Under the pieces are notes generated by a model. That model did no database searches and was not told the origin of the DNA. It worked only from the letters and a program-made list of their open reading frames with translations. A program made the translations under genes and the position numbers. A stretch of 64,000 bases of DNA from Chiloscyllium plagiosum (lineage: Eukaryota), in assembly GCF_004010195.1 (NCBI RefSeq), contig NC_057728.1:45778229-45842228 (forward strand), read 5' to 3'. Positions 36,701-50,798 of this stretch are shown piece after piece (within the stretch, counting starts at the first letter, position 1; each line of letters opens with the position of its first letter).

Positions 36701-38464
36701 TAAATAGGAACAATCTTCCCTAATCTGGCAAAGGTAAATGAAGAAATCTGATCATTGCTTAAGTGAGACGAAGATTGCATTGGCAAGAAAATCGACACAT
36801 TTCCTTCAAGACAGTAAAATATGCGCTCATTCAGCAAACATTAGCTGTCTAATGACCCAGAACTATCTACAATAGTAGCAGCTGATAGAAGGTATTCCCT
36901 TTGCCTGCCACTGCAGATAAACGTTTTGGGCATGGTATTCGGCACCAATGGTGTGTGGGCTCTCTGATGTCACCCTTTTCGCTGGTAACACTGCAGTAGA
37001 GACAGACAGTGAGGTGGCCACCCACTGGTCTGCATGTGTTATCCCTGCCTTTAATCACACTGGTTGGACATGAAATCCAACTCAGTGTTGTAGAGCAAGC
37101 TAAGATTACAATTGTCCTATCACAAATAGGATGGGCCAAATGACCTCCATTGTGCTGATCATCTTATGGTTCTATGGTACTTCTCATCAAGATTATAAAT
37201 AAGAATCAATATGAAATTCATTCCTTCTTGATTTTAGCTCCTGCATCATCAGAGATGACTCATCCACATTATAATTCTTCAGAGTAGCAAGCAGACTTCA
37301 TTGATTTCTTAATCAAAAAGAAAAAAGATGATTTTTTTAAAAAACTTTGCATTTACATTTTCTCATGATGCCATATTATCTCACAGCTGCATTATATTTG
37401 ACGTGGGGTCACTATTTCTCTGCAGGAAAGTGTTGCTGTCAAGCTTCTTTGCCTGAAACTCAACACAAGGACGTGCACTTGCAGCAGTGAATCGGTCAAT
37501 AACAACATTTAAGAACAGATAATACTGCATGAAAGCTGGCCATTATTATTATTTGAAGTTAGGGGACAATGTACACAGCCAGTAATTCAGCTGGTAGCTT
37601 AATTTCAAGATGGGGGATAGTTTCTTTTAAAGAGTTAAGAGGCATAACAACAGGGTGCAGATGGAGACAGCTGTAAAAATAAACACAGATAACTCAAACA
37701 TTTAATTCTGTTGATTTCTGACATCAAAGAAAGCCTTTGAAGAAACCGCTCTGAGATATCAAACAGTAAGTTGTATATTTCCTATTGTTTAATGCACGCT
37801 CCAGCAATCCTAATTCAATAAGTGGTGGTTAAGGTTCCATATTTCAACCCCTGTTTATGAAGGACAAGGTGTCTGGGATATAACCGAACAGACAGGAATG
37901 ATGATGTGGGAGGTTTTGCTGCTGGTATTCTGTGTAAACATTTTGAATTGAAGTAGAATCTTGAGGTTAAGTGTTGACAGCATATAGCATTCCTTGTACA
38001 AACAAAGAGATCTGCCTTGAACAAGATAGTTGCCTGCGCTGCTTCTCCCATTATTGTTTTAAAGACAATTAACAGCCTGACATACACAAAGAGTGAGATC
38101 AACATTTCAATGAAAAATTTGAGAGGTCCATTCAGAAGTGTAATGAGAGCGGGGAAGAAGCTATTCTTGAATCTGTTGGTAAGTGTGTTTAAGCTTTTTA
38201 TGTTTATTAAGCCATTGGCTTATAATAGAAAAAAATAATTATGAAGTAAGTTTGGAGGGCAACTCTTAAATCAATTATCCTTGGACAGGATAATTGATTT
38301 AAGTGTTGGACATCATACTGAAAGTAGAAAATTACACTGTTAATATTTATCATATAGGGTGAATGACAAAAATGTACAGCTAAATAATGTCATGATTTAT
38401 GGAATTTGTAGTTGAAATAGAATTCCCACAGAATTGCAACTTTAATCTGCAGCTGAAATCATAT

Positions 38465-39028
38465 GGATGTTGGTGAGGCCTCTTCTGGAGTACTGTGAGC
38501 AGTTCTGGTTGCCCTGCTTTAGAAAATAGATTATTAAACTGGAGGGAGGGTCAGAAAAGGTTTACCAGAATGTTGCTGGGAATGGAGGGTTTGAGTTATA
38601 TGGAAAGGCTGGATAGTTTGGGACATTTTTCACTGGAGCATAGGAGGTTGAGGGGTTACCTTATAGAGGTTTATAAAATCATGAGGGGTATAGAAAAGAT
38701 GAAGAGCGAGGGTATTTTTCCCCAGGGTGGGGTAGTTCAAAACTTGACGGCATTTTTTTAAGGTGTGAGGGGAAAGTTTTAAAAAGGACATGAGTGGCAA
38801 CTTTTTTACTCAGAGAGTGGTTCATGTGTGGGATGAATTGCCAGAGGAAGCGATGGATGCAGTAAATTACAACGTTTAAAAAACATTTGTATAAGTACAT
38901 GAATGGGAAAGGTTTGGAGGGATATGACCAAATGCAGGTAAATAGGATTAGATAAGTTTGGAAACACGGTTGGCATGGAGTAACTGGACTGAAGAATCTG
39001 TTTCCATGCTGTATGACTTGATGACTCC
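38465..39028 (+). mobile_element. CR1 3' fragment
   Basis: QKRFTRML..FSLEHRRLRGYLIEVYKIM. Confidence 0.85.
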
Positions 39029-40028
39029 GTATACTTACCCTAGTTTATCAGCATCGTTATAACACCATTAGCATTAATTTTTCTGGTATTCATGCTAGTT
39101 CTTCATTAGGAAACAAATTACCTTATTTGATGTTCATAATGAAGCTTGGAACTTTTTGTATTATTGATTAGGAGCAGAAAACTGGAACTACATAACAAGT
39201 AAAATGGGACCCAAATGAAATTATTGATAAATTCTCCACTGTGCTCGTGAAACTTGAAAAGCCTTTTCTGCCCTCCCTCCAAGTGAGGCCCTTAACTGAA
39301 TAATTAATACTCATTTTGCTATTATTCACCCAGTGAGGCAGTTTCCATGCAGAAAGCACACCAAGTTAAAACACGCGGAGGTTTGCTTGCCATCTCCCAA
39401 AGGAGCCTTTCATTAAAAGGTACTTGTTGAAGGAGTCCAGCATTGGGAAGAGATGGGGAGCTGCTGAGAGTTCTGCTCTTACTGCCAATCCTCAGGCCAT
39501 CCCTACCCCTGTAACCTCCAATCCACGAAAACTACCATTCACCTACAGCCTGAGATTCAGTTATGCCACTGTGCTTCAGTGGGTGCAATACCAACAGCAC
39601 CCTCTTTCTCTTCAGTGTCACTGCCATTCAATCAAGCTGCTAGCCACTGATTCCCAATCTGTTCTCATGGTGGTGGGTCTTAAGTTATATTTTAGGGAAG
39701 AGGAGAAATAAAGTCAACAGTTAGTAACATCATATTTTTATTTACCATCTGCTAATTGCTTACATCCACTAATTTCTACACGGAATCATCTTTCTCCAAG
39801 ATGTTGTCGTGTGATCTTTTCAATCACGACATATGCAGACTATTTACATACTTGAGTAATAATCCTTTACCCTAAAATCAGTGGCTCTGAGCAGGACTTC
39901 AGTACCACCACCCTCCAGGGATCCTTGATGCCAGTGAAGGTCTGACCCTTGACATGTCAAGTGTCTGAATGTCAGTGATATAGCGGGTCTGCTCTAAACG
40001 AGACAACATGGGTATGAAATCATAACAC

Positions 40029-40129
40029 GATTCTAGATTAGAGTGGTGCTGGAAAAGCACAGCAGTTCAGGCAGCATTCGAGGAGCAGTAAAATTGATGT
40101 TTCGGGCAAAAGCCCTTAATCAGGAATAC
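40029..40129 (-). mobile_element. Penelope tail fragment
   Basis: Flanked by TSD atgaaatcataaca. Confidence 0.7.
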
Positions 40130-40153
40130 ATGAAATCATAACAATGTTGTTAG

Positions 40154-40620
40154 TGTAATGATTGGAATGATGTCAGCCAGGTGGGTCTCATTGAATATGA
40201 GTCCTCTGATTGAGTCTGTTAACCTAGTTTGATCAGGGAGTCCTGGTTGACAGATATGAACAGAAGTGTCAAAAATAAGCACTACCGCAGTTAAGCGGTA
40301 GTGTGGGGGTAAAGAAAGAAACCGGGGGGGGGGGAAGAAAACGGGTGTTAAAAAAAAACAGGAGTGTCAGTCATTCTGCTCACTATGAGAGGAAACTGGG
40401 GAAACTGAGTCAGTGTCAAGGATTCTCCATTGTAAACAAACTGGGTGATAGGATACTAGCTGCTCTGGAGTCAAAGAAAAGTAAAAGAAACCAGAAGTGT
40501 CAGGGATTTTGCTCACTCTCAGAGCCGGATCTGTGCTAGCTGGGTCAATGTCATGTACTATGCACATGTAAATGAAGGGTGATTTGGTGATGGAATACCA
40601 GCCACCGTGGAGTTACTTCA
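40154..40620 (+). mobile_element. Gypsy 5' LTR, related to the LTR at 997-3036
   Basis: TGTAATGATTGGAA...GAGTTACTTCA, followed by PBS-like TGGCAACGA and gag. Confidence 0.8.
40272..40357 (+). mobile_element. Short hairpin-tailed retro-element inserted at the LTR TATA site
   Basis: ataagcactaccgc-agttaa-gcggtagtgtggggg plus A-rich tail; TSD aacag(a/g)agtgtca (40259-40271, 40357-40369). Confidence 0.85.
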
Positions 40621-42030
40621 CTGGCAACGAAGGAAAATTATGCCCCGAGGGGATTCACTTGCAACAGCTGTGTTTGAATTGGGGTAAACATTTCTGGCAT
40701 CATGCTGCTATTTTGGAAACTTGACCTGTTTGATCCTGCTGTCAAAGACTGGCCAAGTATATTGAAAGAGTGCATTATATTTTCTAGTCAAATGACATTG
40801 GGGCAGATGAAAAGCAATGAGTAATTCTCCTGATAGTGTGTGGACCCGCACACATTTTGGATATTTGGAGCATAACATTCCCTAAAGCACCAGTTCAAGA
40901 ATTGATAGATTTATATACGGAATATTTTAATCCCAAGCCTCATCTAATTCTGAGATACTATTGGCTTTACTCTCAGTTCGAGAACTAGGGGAAGCTCTTT
41001 TGGGATTTTTGATGAGGTTTAGACGACTGGCAGAGGCATGTGATTTTGGTTTTACCCTTAGTGTGACGCTGAGCGACTGTTTGGTATGTGGGATTTATGA
41101 TGTCATTCGAAAGTGCAGCAAGTGGAGCTTATGAATGACAGGGTATGTCAATGGAACTGGACATCTTTGCCAGGTTGTTGAGCTTGGGAAATACCACTTG
41201 AGTGAAGTCAATTGCATAGCCTCACTCAGGATATTTCCTGAACAGAGAGACTCTAGGTCAGCCCACAGTAAAACCCCAAAACAAAGCCAAACCTCGGCCA
41301 AAGAGTTAACATTTTCCTGAAGATCCGGGTCGGAAGGCCATTGTAGTTTCTGCCAGCATGCAGGCTCAAGACAACAGAAGAGTCCCATTAGGCCTGAACC
41401 GTGTATGCAAACTCATAGGCTGGTATCCAGGAGAGTAAATACCCTGGAAAATCCACCTACAGCTGGTGTGGAACAATTAAATTGCTTAGCAACATCCATA
41501 ACAGAGCCAATCAAAATACAAGTCTGGTTAAACAGTCACTAGGATCTAATGGAGGTTGATACCAAAATTTGCTCTGGATTCCAACCCTTAGGTTTGCATA
41601 AGACTTTGGCCAGACTGAGAACCTATACCAGGAACCCCTACAGATTAAGGGTACAACTTTGGTATCGGTTTCGGTTTCTTATGAGAAACAGCTGGTTCAG
41701 TGATTGTAGCGAACAGCTCAGGCCCAAGATTGATGGAGCAAAATTGGTTGCGAAAGATTCACTTGATTGGCTGAACATTTCTTGATTAGAAAATGGCTGC
41801 CAGAGTGAAGTCCTAATTAAATATCCGTAAGTTTTTTAGGAAGGTCTAGGGACTATCAGAGGGGCCAGGACCACCTTACATGTTGACCAAGAAGCAATTC
41901 CACAATTCTGCAAGGCCTGCCCAGTATCATTTGCCTTATGTGTAACAGTAGAGGCAGAAATTAGGAGGCTGGAAAGTGCTGGAATCATTAAACAGGTGCA
42001 GTTTGTGGAGTGGACAGCTTTTAGAGGGAG
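40621..42030 (+). mobile_element. Decayed Gypsy gag-protease and RT start
   Basis: KLDLFDPAVKDW, DIGADEKQ.VILLIVCGP, MEVDT, VEAEIRRLESAGII; many stops. Confidence 0.75.
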
Positions 42031-42321
42031 CATTGCACTCCTTGGATTGCAGCAGGAATGAAAATAGCTGTTGATAGAATGTCTGTAAGAGAACTAAATA
42101 CCAAGTGAAGTGGGTTCCCAAGGGCCAGTCAGTTACGCCTCTGTATCAGCTGGTTGGTTATGGAAGGAGAGGTGAGAGATCCTAAGCCCGTATGTGGCCA
42201 TGAATTGACCAATTATGGAACTCTTCCTGCTCTCTATGTGGGGAAGGCCATCCTTGGTTTCTCTTAACCTTGAGTTTAGCAGTCTCCTCTCATGAATATA
42301 AATGATCTGCCCATCTCCTAG

Positions 42322-44060
42322 GAGAAAGTGAGGACTGCAGATGCTGGAGACCAGAGTTGAAAAGTGTGGTGCTGGAAAAACACAGCAGGCCAGGCAGCAT
42401 CCGAGGAGCAGGAGAAAAGACGTTTCGGGCATAAGCCCTTCTTCAGGAATGAGGCTGGTGTGCCAAGCGGGCTGAGATAAAAGCTAGGGGGGAGGGAATT
42501 TGGGGAAGGGGCGCTGGGAATATGATAGGTTGGTGCGGATGTCTCAGAGGTGTTCCCTGAAATGTTCCGCAAGTAGGCGGCCTGTCTCCGCAATGTAGAG
42601 GAGACTACATCGCGTGCAGCGGATACAGTAAATGATGTGTGTGGAGGTGCAGGTGAATTTGCGATGGATATGGAAGTATCCCTTGGGGCCTTGGAGGAGG
42701 TGAGGGGGGAGGTGTGGGCGCAAGTCTTGCACTTCTTGCAGTTGCAGGGGAAGGTGCCGGGAGTGGAGGTTGGGTTGGTGGGGGGTGTGGACCTGACGAG
42801 GGAGTCACAGAGGGAGTGGTCTCTCCGGAACGCTGATAGGGGTAGGGAGGGAAATATATACCTGGTGGTGGGGTCTGTTTGGAGGTGGCGGAAATGACGG
42901 AGGATAATACGATGTATCCCGAGGTTGGTGGGGTGGAAGGTGAGGACCAGTGGGGTTCTGTCCTGGTGGCGATTGGAGGAGCGGAGTTCAAGGGCAGAGA
43001 TGCGCGAAGTGGAGGAGATGCGGTGGAGAGCATCGTCAACCACGTCAGAGGGGAAATTGCGGTCTTTGAAGAAGGAGGCCTTTTGGGCTGTTCGGTAGTG
43101 GTATTGGTCCTCCTGGGAGTAGATGCGGCGGAGGCAAAGCAATTGGGAATGTGGGATGGCGTTTTTATAGGGGGCAGGGTGGGAGGAGGTGTAGTCTAGG
43201 TAGCTGTGGGAGTCGGTCGGTTTGTAGTAAATGTCTGTGTTGAATTGGTTGCCCGAGATAGAAATGGAGAAGTCTAAGAAGGGGAGGGAGGAGTCTGAGA
43301 TGGTCCAGGTAAATTTGAGGTTGGTGTGGAAGGTGTTAGTAAAGTAGATGAACTGTTCAACCTCCTCGTGGGAGCACAAGGTAGTGCCAATACAATCACC
43401 GATGTAACGAGGAAAAGATGGGGGGTGGTGCCAGTGTAGCAAGGCCCCAGTGGATCCTTCCATATCCATCGCAAATTCACCTGCACCTCCACACACATCA
43501 TTTACTGTATCCGCTGCGTGCGATGTAGTCTCCTCTACATTGGGGAGACAGGCCGCCTACTTGCGGAACGTTTCAGGGAACACCTCTGGGACACCCGCAC
43601 CAACCAACCCAACCGCCCCATGGCTGAACACTTTAACTCCCCCTCCCAGTCCGCCAAGGACATGCAGGTCCTTGGCCTCCTCCATTGCCAGACCCTGGCC
43701 ACACGACGCCTGGAGGGAGAGCGCCTCATCTTCTGCGTATGAACCCTCCAACCCACGGGATGCATGTAGATTTCTCCAGCTTCCTCATTTTCCCTCCCCC
43801 CACCTTATCTCAGTCACAACCCCCGGATTCAGCACCGCCCTCTTGACCTGCAATCTTCTACCCACCCCCTCCACCCCCACCCTCTCTCCGGCCTATCACC
43901 CTCACCCTCACCTCCTTGCACCTACCGTATTCCTGGCGGCCCTCCCACAAATTCCCTCCCCCCTACCTTTTATCTCAGCCCGCTTGGCACATCAGCCTCA
44001 TTCCTGAAGAAGGGCTTATGCCCGAAACATTGTTTCTCCTGCTCTTCGGATGCTGCCTAG
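42322..44060 (-). mobile_element. Penelope-like element with inverted segment (43441-44060 on plus)
   Basis: RT C-terminus and GIY-YIG (CTSTHIIYCIRC..LLYIGETGR) on both strands; 16-bp TSD tctgcccatctcctag (42306-42321, 44061-44076). Confidence 0.9.
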
Positions 44061-44289
44061 TCTGCCCATCTCCTAGCCCACAACTTAATTTAAAAAAAAT
44101 TAACCTAGCTTTCTTAATCAACCTGTTCAAAGATATTATTATGTATGTCTGATGAGACTTGCACTCAGTCCTCCTGGTCCACGAGTACTGAATCACAAGA
44201 GAGCCCCATCCTACTCCCTAACTTCTACCCAGAGAATGTCAAACAGCTGAGGATACTCATGTAAGGAACATGCCTAATATATACCTACT

Positions 44290-44640
44290 GCTCATGAATC
44301 TAGAATCACAAATCATGACTGAAAAATAAACACTGTGGTACTCATTTACCACAGAAAAGATAAAACTGATTCCACAAATTGCTATGAAATTAGCTCCTCC
44401 TGTCATTCTGGAAAAATAACTGCTCTCATCCTGCAATGTATGAGAAGGCATACTGAAGAAATCATCTGTGATGTGCAGGTTATTTCAAGGTACAAAACAT
44501 ATTTTCATCCTAAAGCTGTTCTGGGAAAAAAAAAACATTGTGAGGCGGCCAAATGCATCTGTTTACATGCAACATTGATTTTTAAGAAAAAGCTTTCAAT
44601 AGCATCTGCGGGATTAAAAAATAAAGGTACTAATGCAATG
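44290..44640 (+). mobile_element. Old RTE-like RT fragment
   Basis: KDKTDSTNCYEISSSCHSGKI resembles KGD..C.NYRTISL..H.SKI. Confidence 0.45.
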
Positions 44641-45138
44641 CTGCAGGACTGGGCAGAATAGAAACTGAATATAAATTAGTCAGTAAGAGGAGAGTAAACT
44701 TTGCTAAACTTGCGTTTTAAAAATCTAAGTATTGTGGAAATATTGGAAGTCTGAGGAAACAGGATAAAGTTCTTGTTTGAAAATGTGTGAAACTTCATGA
44801 TGAGGTTTGAATTCAGTACAATGGTAGTGGAAGAAAGTATTTGTCAAATAGTGTTTATAGATTTAAGTTCAGTGTGACTCTGACTACAGTATAGAGTCAT
44901 AATTTAAGTACTCAGAGACAAGAAAGTATGTGATGTAGAAAAATTGTTTTATGACAGAAGGGTGAGGGAAGAGTTGCCCCCTAGACAATAGACTTTCATT
45001 CATCCTGAGTGAGAATGTTTGAAGATACTCAGTCGATTTGAAGCAATTTTTTTTCATTGCAATCTTGAATACACTGGGTCTTTATAGAGATTTAGGAGTT
45101 GCTAAGAGGAAAGGGCATATCTAAGAGAAAAGAAGAAA

Positions 45139-45416
45139 TAATCTCCTCCAAGGCAGCTTTCGAGACAAACAAAACATGAAATAAAAGAACAGAGAATGAT
45201 GAAACATATACTAGTCAGGGCACACCGGGGAGAGAGAAGCATAACTAATGTGTGAAATTTTTTTGATTAGATTACTTACAGTGTGGAAACAGGCCCTAAT
45301 CTCCTCCAAGGCAGCTTTCGAGACAAACAAAACATGAAATAAAAGAACAGAGAATGATGAAACATATACTAGTCAGGGCACACCGGAGAGAGAGAAGCAT
45401 AACTAATGTGTGAAAT
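45139..45416. repeat. 120-bp direct duplication flanking a 38-bp SINE/LINE 3' tail
   Basis: 45139-45258 and 45297-45416 differ at one position; spacer matches the SINE tail at 22347-22378. Confidence 0.9.
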
Positions 45417-48284
45417 CTTCTCAGCTTAGTGCCTGCCAGAGAAAACAGTTTACTTTCTGAGCATGGTTTTCTCCTCCCTGGAGGTGACAAGGAAAGAAGT
45501 GAGGAGGACAAATAAGTAAGTGAGTTGGCATCAGTGAGATACCTCCTCCTTCCTACCACATTGGCAATTAATTTCAAGATGAGAAGGTGGGCACCAATTA
45601 AGGTCCTTAAGTGCTCAATTAATGGTCATCTCAACCCACCACTACCATAATTACCTGTCTTCCTGGCAGGTTGTCTTCCCAACAGGAACACCATAGCAGT
45701 GCCACTATATTCCCTGACCTGGGTACAGTAAGGGGCATGTTCAGGAAGCAAGGGGGGATGGTCACTGGAAACCACACCAAACTCTCACCTTGCCGTCGAA
45801 TTAACCGCACCCCCCCCAAAAAAACACACTTACCTCCTCATTAAAGCAGCTCTTCACAGCCACATTGCACTGTTTACATAACCTTGGCCTCCAGCCACAC
45901 TCTCCAGCCTTCTTAAGGCTTCCGGCCTCTGATTGGCAGGCAGTTTTAGTTGGGGCAGTATTTCAGATGCGAGACCCCGATTGGATAAGACGCTTGCTAG
46001 ATAGGACTCAAATACCGGACTGATACTCAATGCAGTGAGCTTTCTCATTGGTGGGGCAGTTATTTGCCTCTGCTCTTCTCTGCCCTCACACGTAACAATA
46101 AAACTCAGCACATGTGCATGGCCATTTCTCTTTCCCAGAGCAATATAATTATCATCTCAGCTCCAGACTCCCCAGTCAATTAGGGAGGGCGGGAGGAATG
46201 ACACATTCATTCTGTCAAAGGATTTCGAATTAGAGGCATGTATCAAAGAAGTGAATCAGTACTTAGACTTGCAGGCTGCAGCAACCACAGGAATAGAGAG
46301 GACACCTGGCAAATCTGCTACCCAAGTCTTTCACCTTTACCTGGAGATCCAGCTGTGGGATCTGGGTGGTTGTGGTGAGGTGGGAGGAAGAGGGAAATTA
46401 GGCCTGGAGAGAAGGGGCTGAGTATGTCAGCAGCCAGAGTGTGACTGCAGTGTGCAGCAAAACCCAAGCCTTTAGAGAGGTCTGATTGGTAACAGTTTCA
46501 GGTGCCAAGCTCCACACTGACTTTCCCAGCAAGCTCCACAGTGACTTGTCCTCTACAGCATTCCACAAGTCAACAAACTTTGCAGCTCCGTGCACTCTTC
46601 TCTCTCAAGCCCTGCCCATCCCATCATGAGCAACCAGAACTGTCTCCTCTTGTACCCATGTATCATAGACATCCTGTATAATTGTTATCCTTCCCTCCTC
46701 TTCATACAAGATACGACAACACTCACAACTCTCTGCTCTCTCTCCTTGCAGGATGTGAGAGGACGTAACTTGGTATGAGACATAAAGCTGGGGTTGGGGG
46801 TAGTGGTTGGTTGGTTGAGGAGGTGGCCCTCCCAATGGAAAGCATCTTAACAGCTAGTGGCAATGCAGGCACAGCCACTTTATGTGGAAGGAAACATCTT
46901 GTTTCTGGAGACTCAAGATGCTACCTGTGACACACCTTGAGATTCTGAGCCTCCTGAGATGCTGTTGCTCAAACAATCTGAGAAAACTGACCCAATACCT
47001 TCCATCTGAATTGTGGTATTGATTCTATCTAGCTTGTGAAGGGGCACACAGTGGTGAAAGCCACCTATGTTGCCTTCAGTGTTGCTCCTACTGCTTCCGG
47101 TATCGGTCTTGTTGCTTGATCAGTTGGCTGTGGTGTTGTCTTTACTTGTGACCATTAGCAAAGGTGGAGGGCTGGATATCCTGTTCCAGTGTTGTGCTGA
47201 AGACTGGTAGTGGGGTATTGCAGCTAAACCTAAGTGATGGACAAGATGGATGAAAGGTTTTCCAAGAAGTTGGCACTCATTTGCCAAATACTATGCCTGA
47301 AAGAAGAAGTGCTTTAAACAGCATTGCTTTAAAGGCCGTGGCTGAAGCTCCTCAATGTAACTGATCGAATACTTCCTAGCCTTTCAGTTTCCTCTGCTCT
47401 TCCAACTGTGCACTCACCTCATGGACCAAGGCAAATTACTAATGCATTAGGAAGTGGATTCAATGGTTGAAAACTTCAGGATTCAATGTTAAAACAACTT
47501 GGATTGACTTCTTAACGACCTCAACCACTTTCCAATTACTTCCTTGTCAGATCTAAGGGGAGTTCTCTGCTCATCTTCAATATTGTCCTGAGGAATGCCA
47601 GAAGAAGGCAGGATAACATAGGATTCCAACTCATTGTTAATTTTTCAGACTCCTCCAGATTCTAGAACTTAACCCCCTTGGGTTGTGTAGAGTCTGCCCA
47701 ATGTTTCAGATTCGTGATCTTTCATTAAAAATGGCATCAGAATGGTATCATGCCTTGAGAGAAAACTGGATAAGTATGAACAAGCTTTGACCAGAGCTAA
47801 TCTCTGGAAGTGTATTATGTCATATTTCCAATATTCAATTTGTCATTACATTGCAGGGTTGCGGAAACACATTATTTTTCCTGTACAAATTAGCCAATAG
47901 CAAGGAACCGGTAATCACTTTCACCATAAGGTAAAATGATAAAGGTTTACCCAGAACAGGTGATCATTAAGAGCATGTCTTAGGTATCCCCAATTCAAAT
48001 GCAGTGCCGTTCATGAATAAAAAGGGTTATCATCTCAATTGTTGACCTACAACCGCAGGGGAAGAACCTTACCACACGCACACCTTCTACATGTCATGGA
48101 AGATGTACCAATTATGCATTAATATATTGCATAACACTGCCATTATTATGGGAGTGACAAATGGCTGATCACTGTCATTCTCTCCCACACGTGATCCGTG
48201 TCACTTGTGTAAGAAATAGAGCATAAGGCAGTTTTGGAATGTAAAAAAATGATCTTAATGAAGTTAAGCAGAGTGGAGTAGCTT

Positions 48285-49242
48285 TTCATTTGTCATTTCT
48301 ACCATATACAACTGATACAGCGTTCCTCCAGGATACAGGGTGCTGCATGGACAGCACAAGCTACACAATGGTACATGGCATAAAGTGCATAAGAAGTGCA
48401 AAACACGCAAGTTACAGGATAATAGAAGAATGAAAAATAATAAATATTTTTGAGCAGCAGTTCAAAGTCATGCAAAGCATTTCAGATGGGAAAGAGTCTG
48501 ATCATACTGTGTTAAGGAGCCTGGCTTGGGGGAAGAAACTATTGCATAGTCTGGCTGTAAGAGACCGAAGGCTCCAGTATCTTCTGCCAGGTGGAGTTTG
48601 AGTGAGGGGTGTGTGGGGTCTTCCACGATGCTCTTTAGCCCTTCGGCTGTAGTGTGTGGTGTAAATGTCTGTAATGGAGGGAAGGGAGGCCCCGATGATC
48701 CTCTCAGCTGTCCTCACTCTCCGTTGTAAGGTCTTATGATCCAAGACAGTGCAATTCCCGACCCAGGCAGTGATGCAGCAATTCACAGTACTCTCAATGA
48801 ACACTCTGTAGAATCTGGTGAGGCTGGGGGGTAGGAGGTGAGCTTTCCTCAGCCTGTGCAGAAAGTAGAGACACTGCTGGGCATTCTTGGCTATGGAGCT
48901 GGTGTTGAGGGTCCAGGTGAGATTCTCCACCAGGTATACGCCAAGAAATTTGGTGCTCTTCACAATCTCCGCGGGGAAGCCATCAATGTCCAGTGGAGAG
49001 CGGTTGCTCCTTGCTCTCCTGCAATCAATAACCATCTCTTTCATCTTGTCCACGTTCAGAGACAGGTTGTTGGCTCTGCACCAGTCCATTGGCCGCTGTT
49101 CCTCTTCTCTCTGTGCTGACTTGTCATTTGTGCTAATGAGACCTACTACATTGTATCATCAGCGAACATGATGCGATTCGACCTGTGCATCGCTGCACAG
49201 TCATGTGTCAACAGGATGAACAGCAGTGGGCTGACCATACAG
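48285..49242 (-). mobile_element. Rex1/Babar-clade LINE 3' part
   Basis: WCRANNLSLNVDKMKEMVID, KFLGV, AQQCLYFLHRLRK, CITAWVGN. Confidence 0.85.
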
Positions 49243-49836
49243 CAGAAGTTTGTTGCGGCTGTACAGAACATTGGTTAGGCTATTTTTGGAATACTGCATT
49301 CAATTCCAGTTTCCCTGCTATCAGAAAGATGTTATGAAACTTGAAAGGTTTCAGAAAAGATTTAGAAGGATGTTACCAGTGTTGGAGTGTTTGAGCTGTA
49401 GGGAGAGTCTGAATGGGCTATGGCTGTTTTCCCTGTAGCATCACAGGCTGAGGGGTGACCTTATAGAAGTTTATAAAATCATGAAGGGCACATTTAGGGT
49501 GAATAGGCAACATCTTTTCCTCAAAGTAGGGGAGTCCAAAACTAGAGGGTTTAAGGTGAGAGGAAAGATTTAAAAGGGACTAAGAGACGACGTTATCACA
49601 CAGAAGGTGGTGTGTGTGTGTGTGTGTGGAATGAGCTGCCAGAGGAAGTGGTGGAAACTGGAATAGTTACAACATTTAAAAGTATCTGGGTGGGTATATG
49701 AATGGGAATGGTTTAGATGGGTATGGGCCAAATGCTGGCAAATGGGACGAGTTTAATATAGGATGTCTGGTCAGCATGGACAAGTTGAACTGAAGGGTCT
49801 GTTTCTGTGCTGTACATCTCTATGATTCTATGACTG
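49243..49836 (+). mobile_element. CR1 3' fragment
   Basis: LYRTLVRLFLEYCIQF; (ctatga)n tail. Confidence 0.85.
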
Positions 49837-50484
49837 TAAGTAAATGTGAAACTTTTATCTATGATTTTGTTGTATAAAGAGAAAAAAATAAAATATTGTT
49901 TCAGTGTATTAAACCTCAGTGCTAATAACTTCAATAATTTGTATGATTAATTAACATAGGTTTTTAAATTATGAACGGTGCTTGCATAACACAACCAAAA
50001 GATGTTTAATTTTTTTTGTGAAAGCTGCACACTCAGAATTCTTTGCAATAAGTTAAATATAGAGTCTCTGATGTGTTTGTCAGAAAATAAATTTGTGCCA
50101 AAACAAAATATCCTCATGACAGTATCATCTAGAATCAATTCCAACCCAATTCTCATGTGGATTATTTAAAATCATTTATATTCATTCACTCCAGAGGTAT
50201 CATGCATTTGACATTTTTTTTTTAAAAGCAGATTTTGATTACTAAATGGTCTTATTTCATATTTCTGTATCGGATGACTATAAGTCAGGGGACAAATCAT
50301 TTTAATACATGCATCAGAAAAACAGTTATCTACAGTCTTTTTTTTATTCAAGAAGACAAGTTTATTTTTTTGCATTTAATACTGTTAATGTTAAACAACG
50401 GCATTCATTTATTGAAATTCATTTGGAAATTCTCATCTGTGCTATTCTCAACAATAAATAATGTGCTATTCCATTATCATGCAG

Positions 50485-50798
50485 ATTAGATAAGAATCCC
50501 TCCAGTGTAGAAACATGCCCTTCAGTCCAACAAGTTCACACTGACCCCCTGAAGAGTAACCCACCCAGGCCCATCTCCCCACATTTACCCCTGTCTAATG
50601 CACCTGACACTATGGGCAATTTAGCATAGCCAATTCACCTGACCTGCATATCTTTGGACTGTGGGAGGAAACTAGAGCACCCAGAGGAAACTCATGCAGA
50701 TATGGAGAGAATGTGCAAACTCCACACAGTCAGTCACTTAAACCACATTCCCTGGTGCTGTGAGGCAGCAGTGCAACCACTGAGCCACCGTTCCGCCC
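50485..50798 (-). mobile_element. HE1-like V-SINE, diverged
   Basis: Similar to 22347-22652. Confidence 0.8.

Noticed and set aside
42318..43496. 392-aa ORF as a novel gene
   Set aside because: It is a chimeric reading across the inverted Penelope junction and a frameshifted RT/endonuclease region
45500..47700. Moderately GC-rich stretch with short ORFs
   Set aside because: May be a decayed transposon, but no diagnostic motif or termini were found
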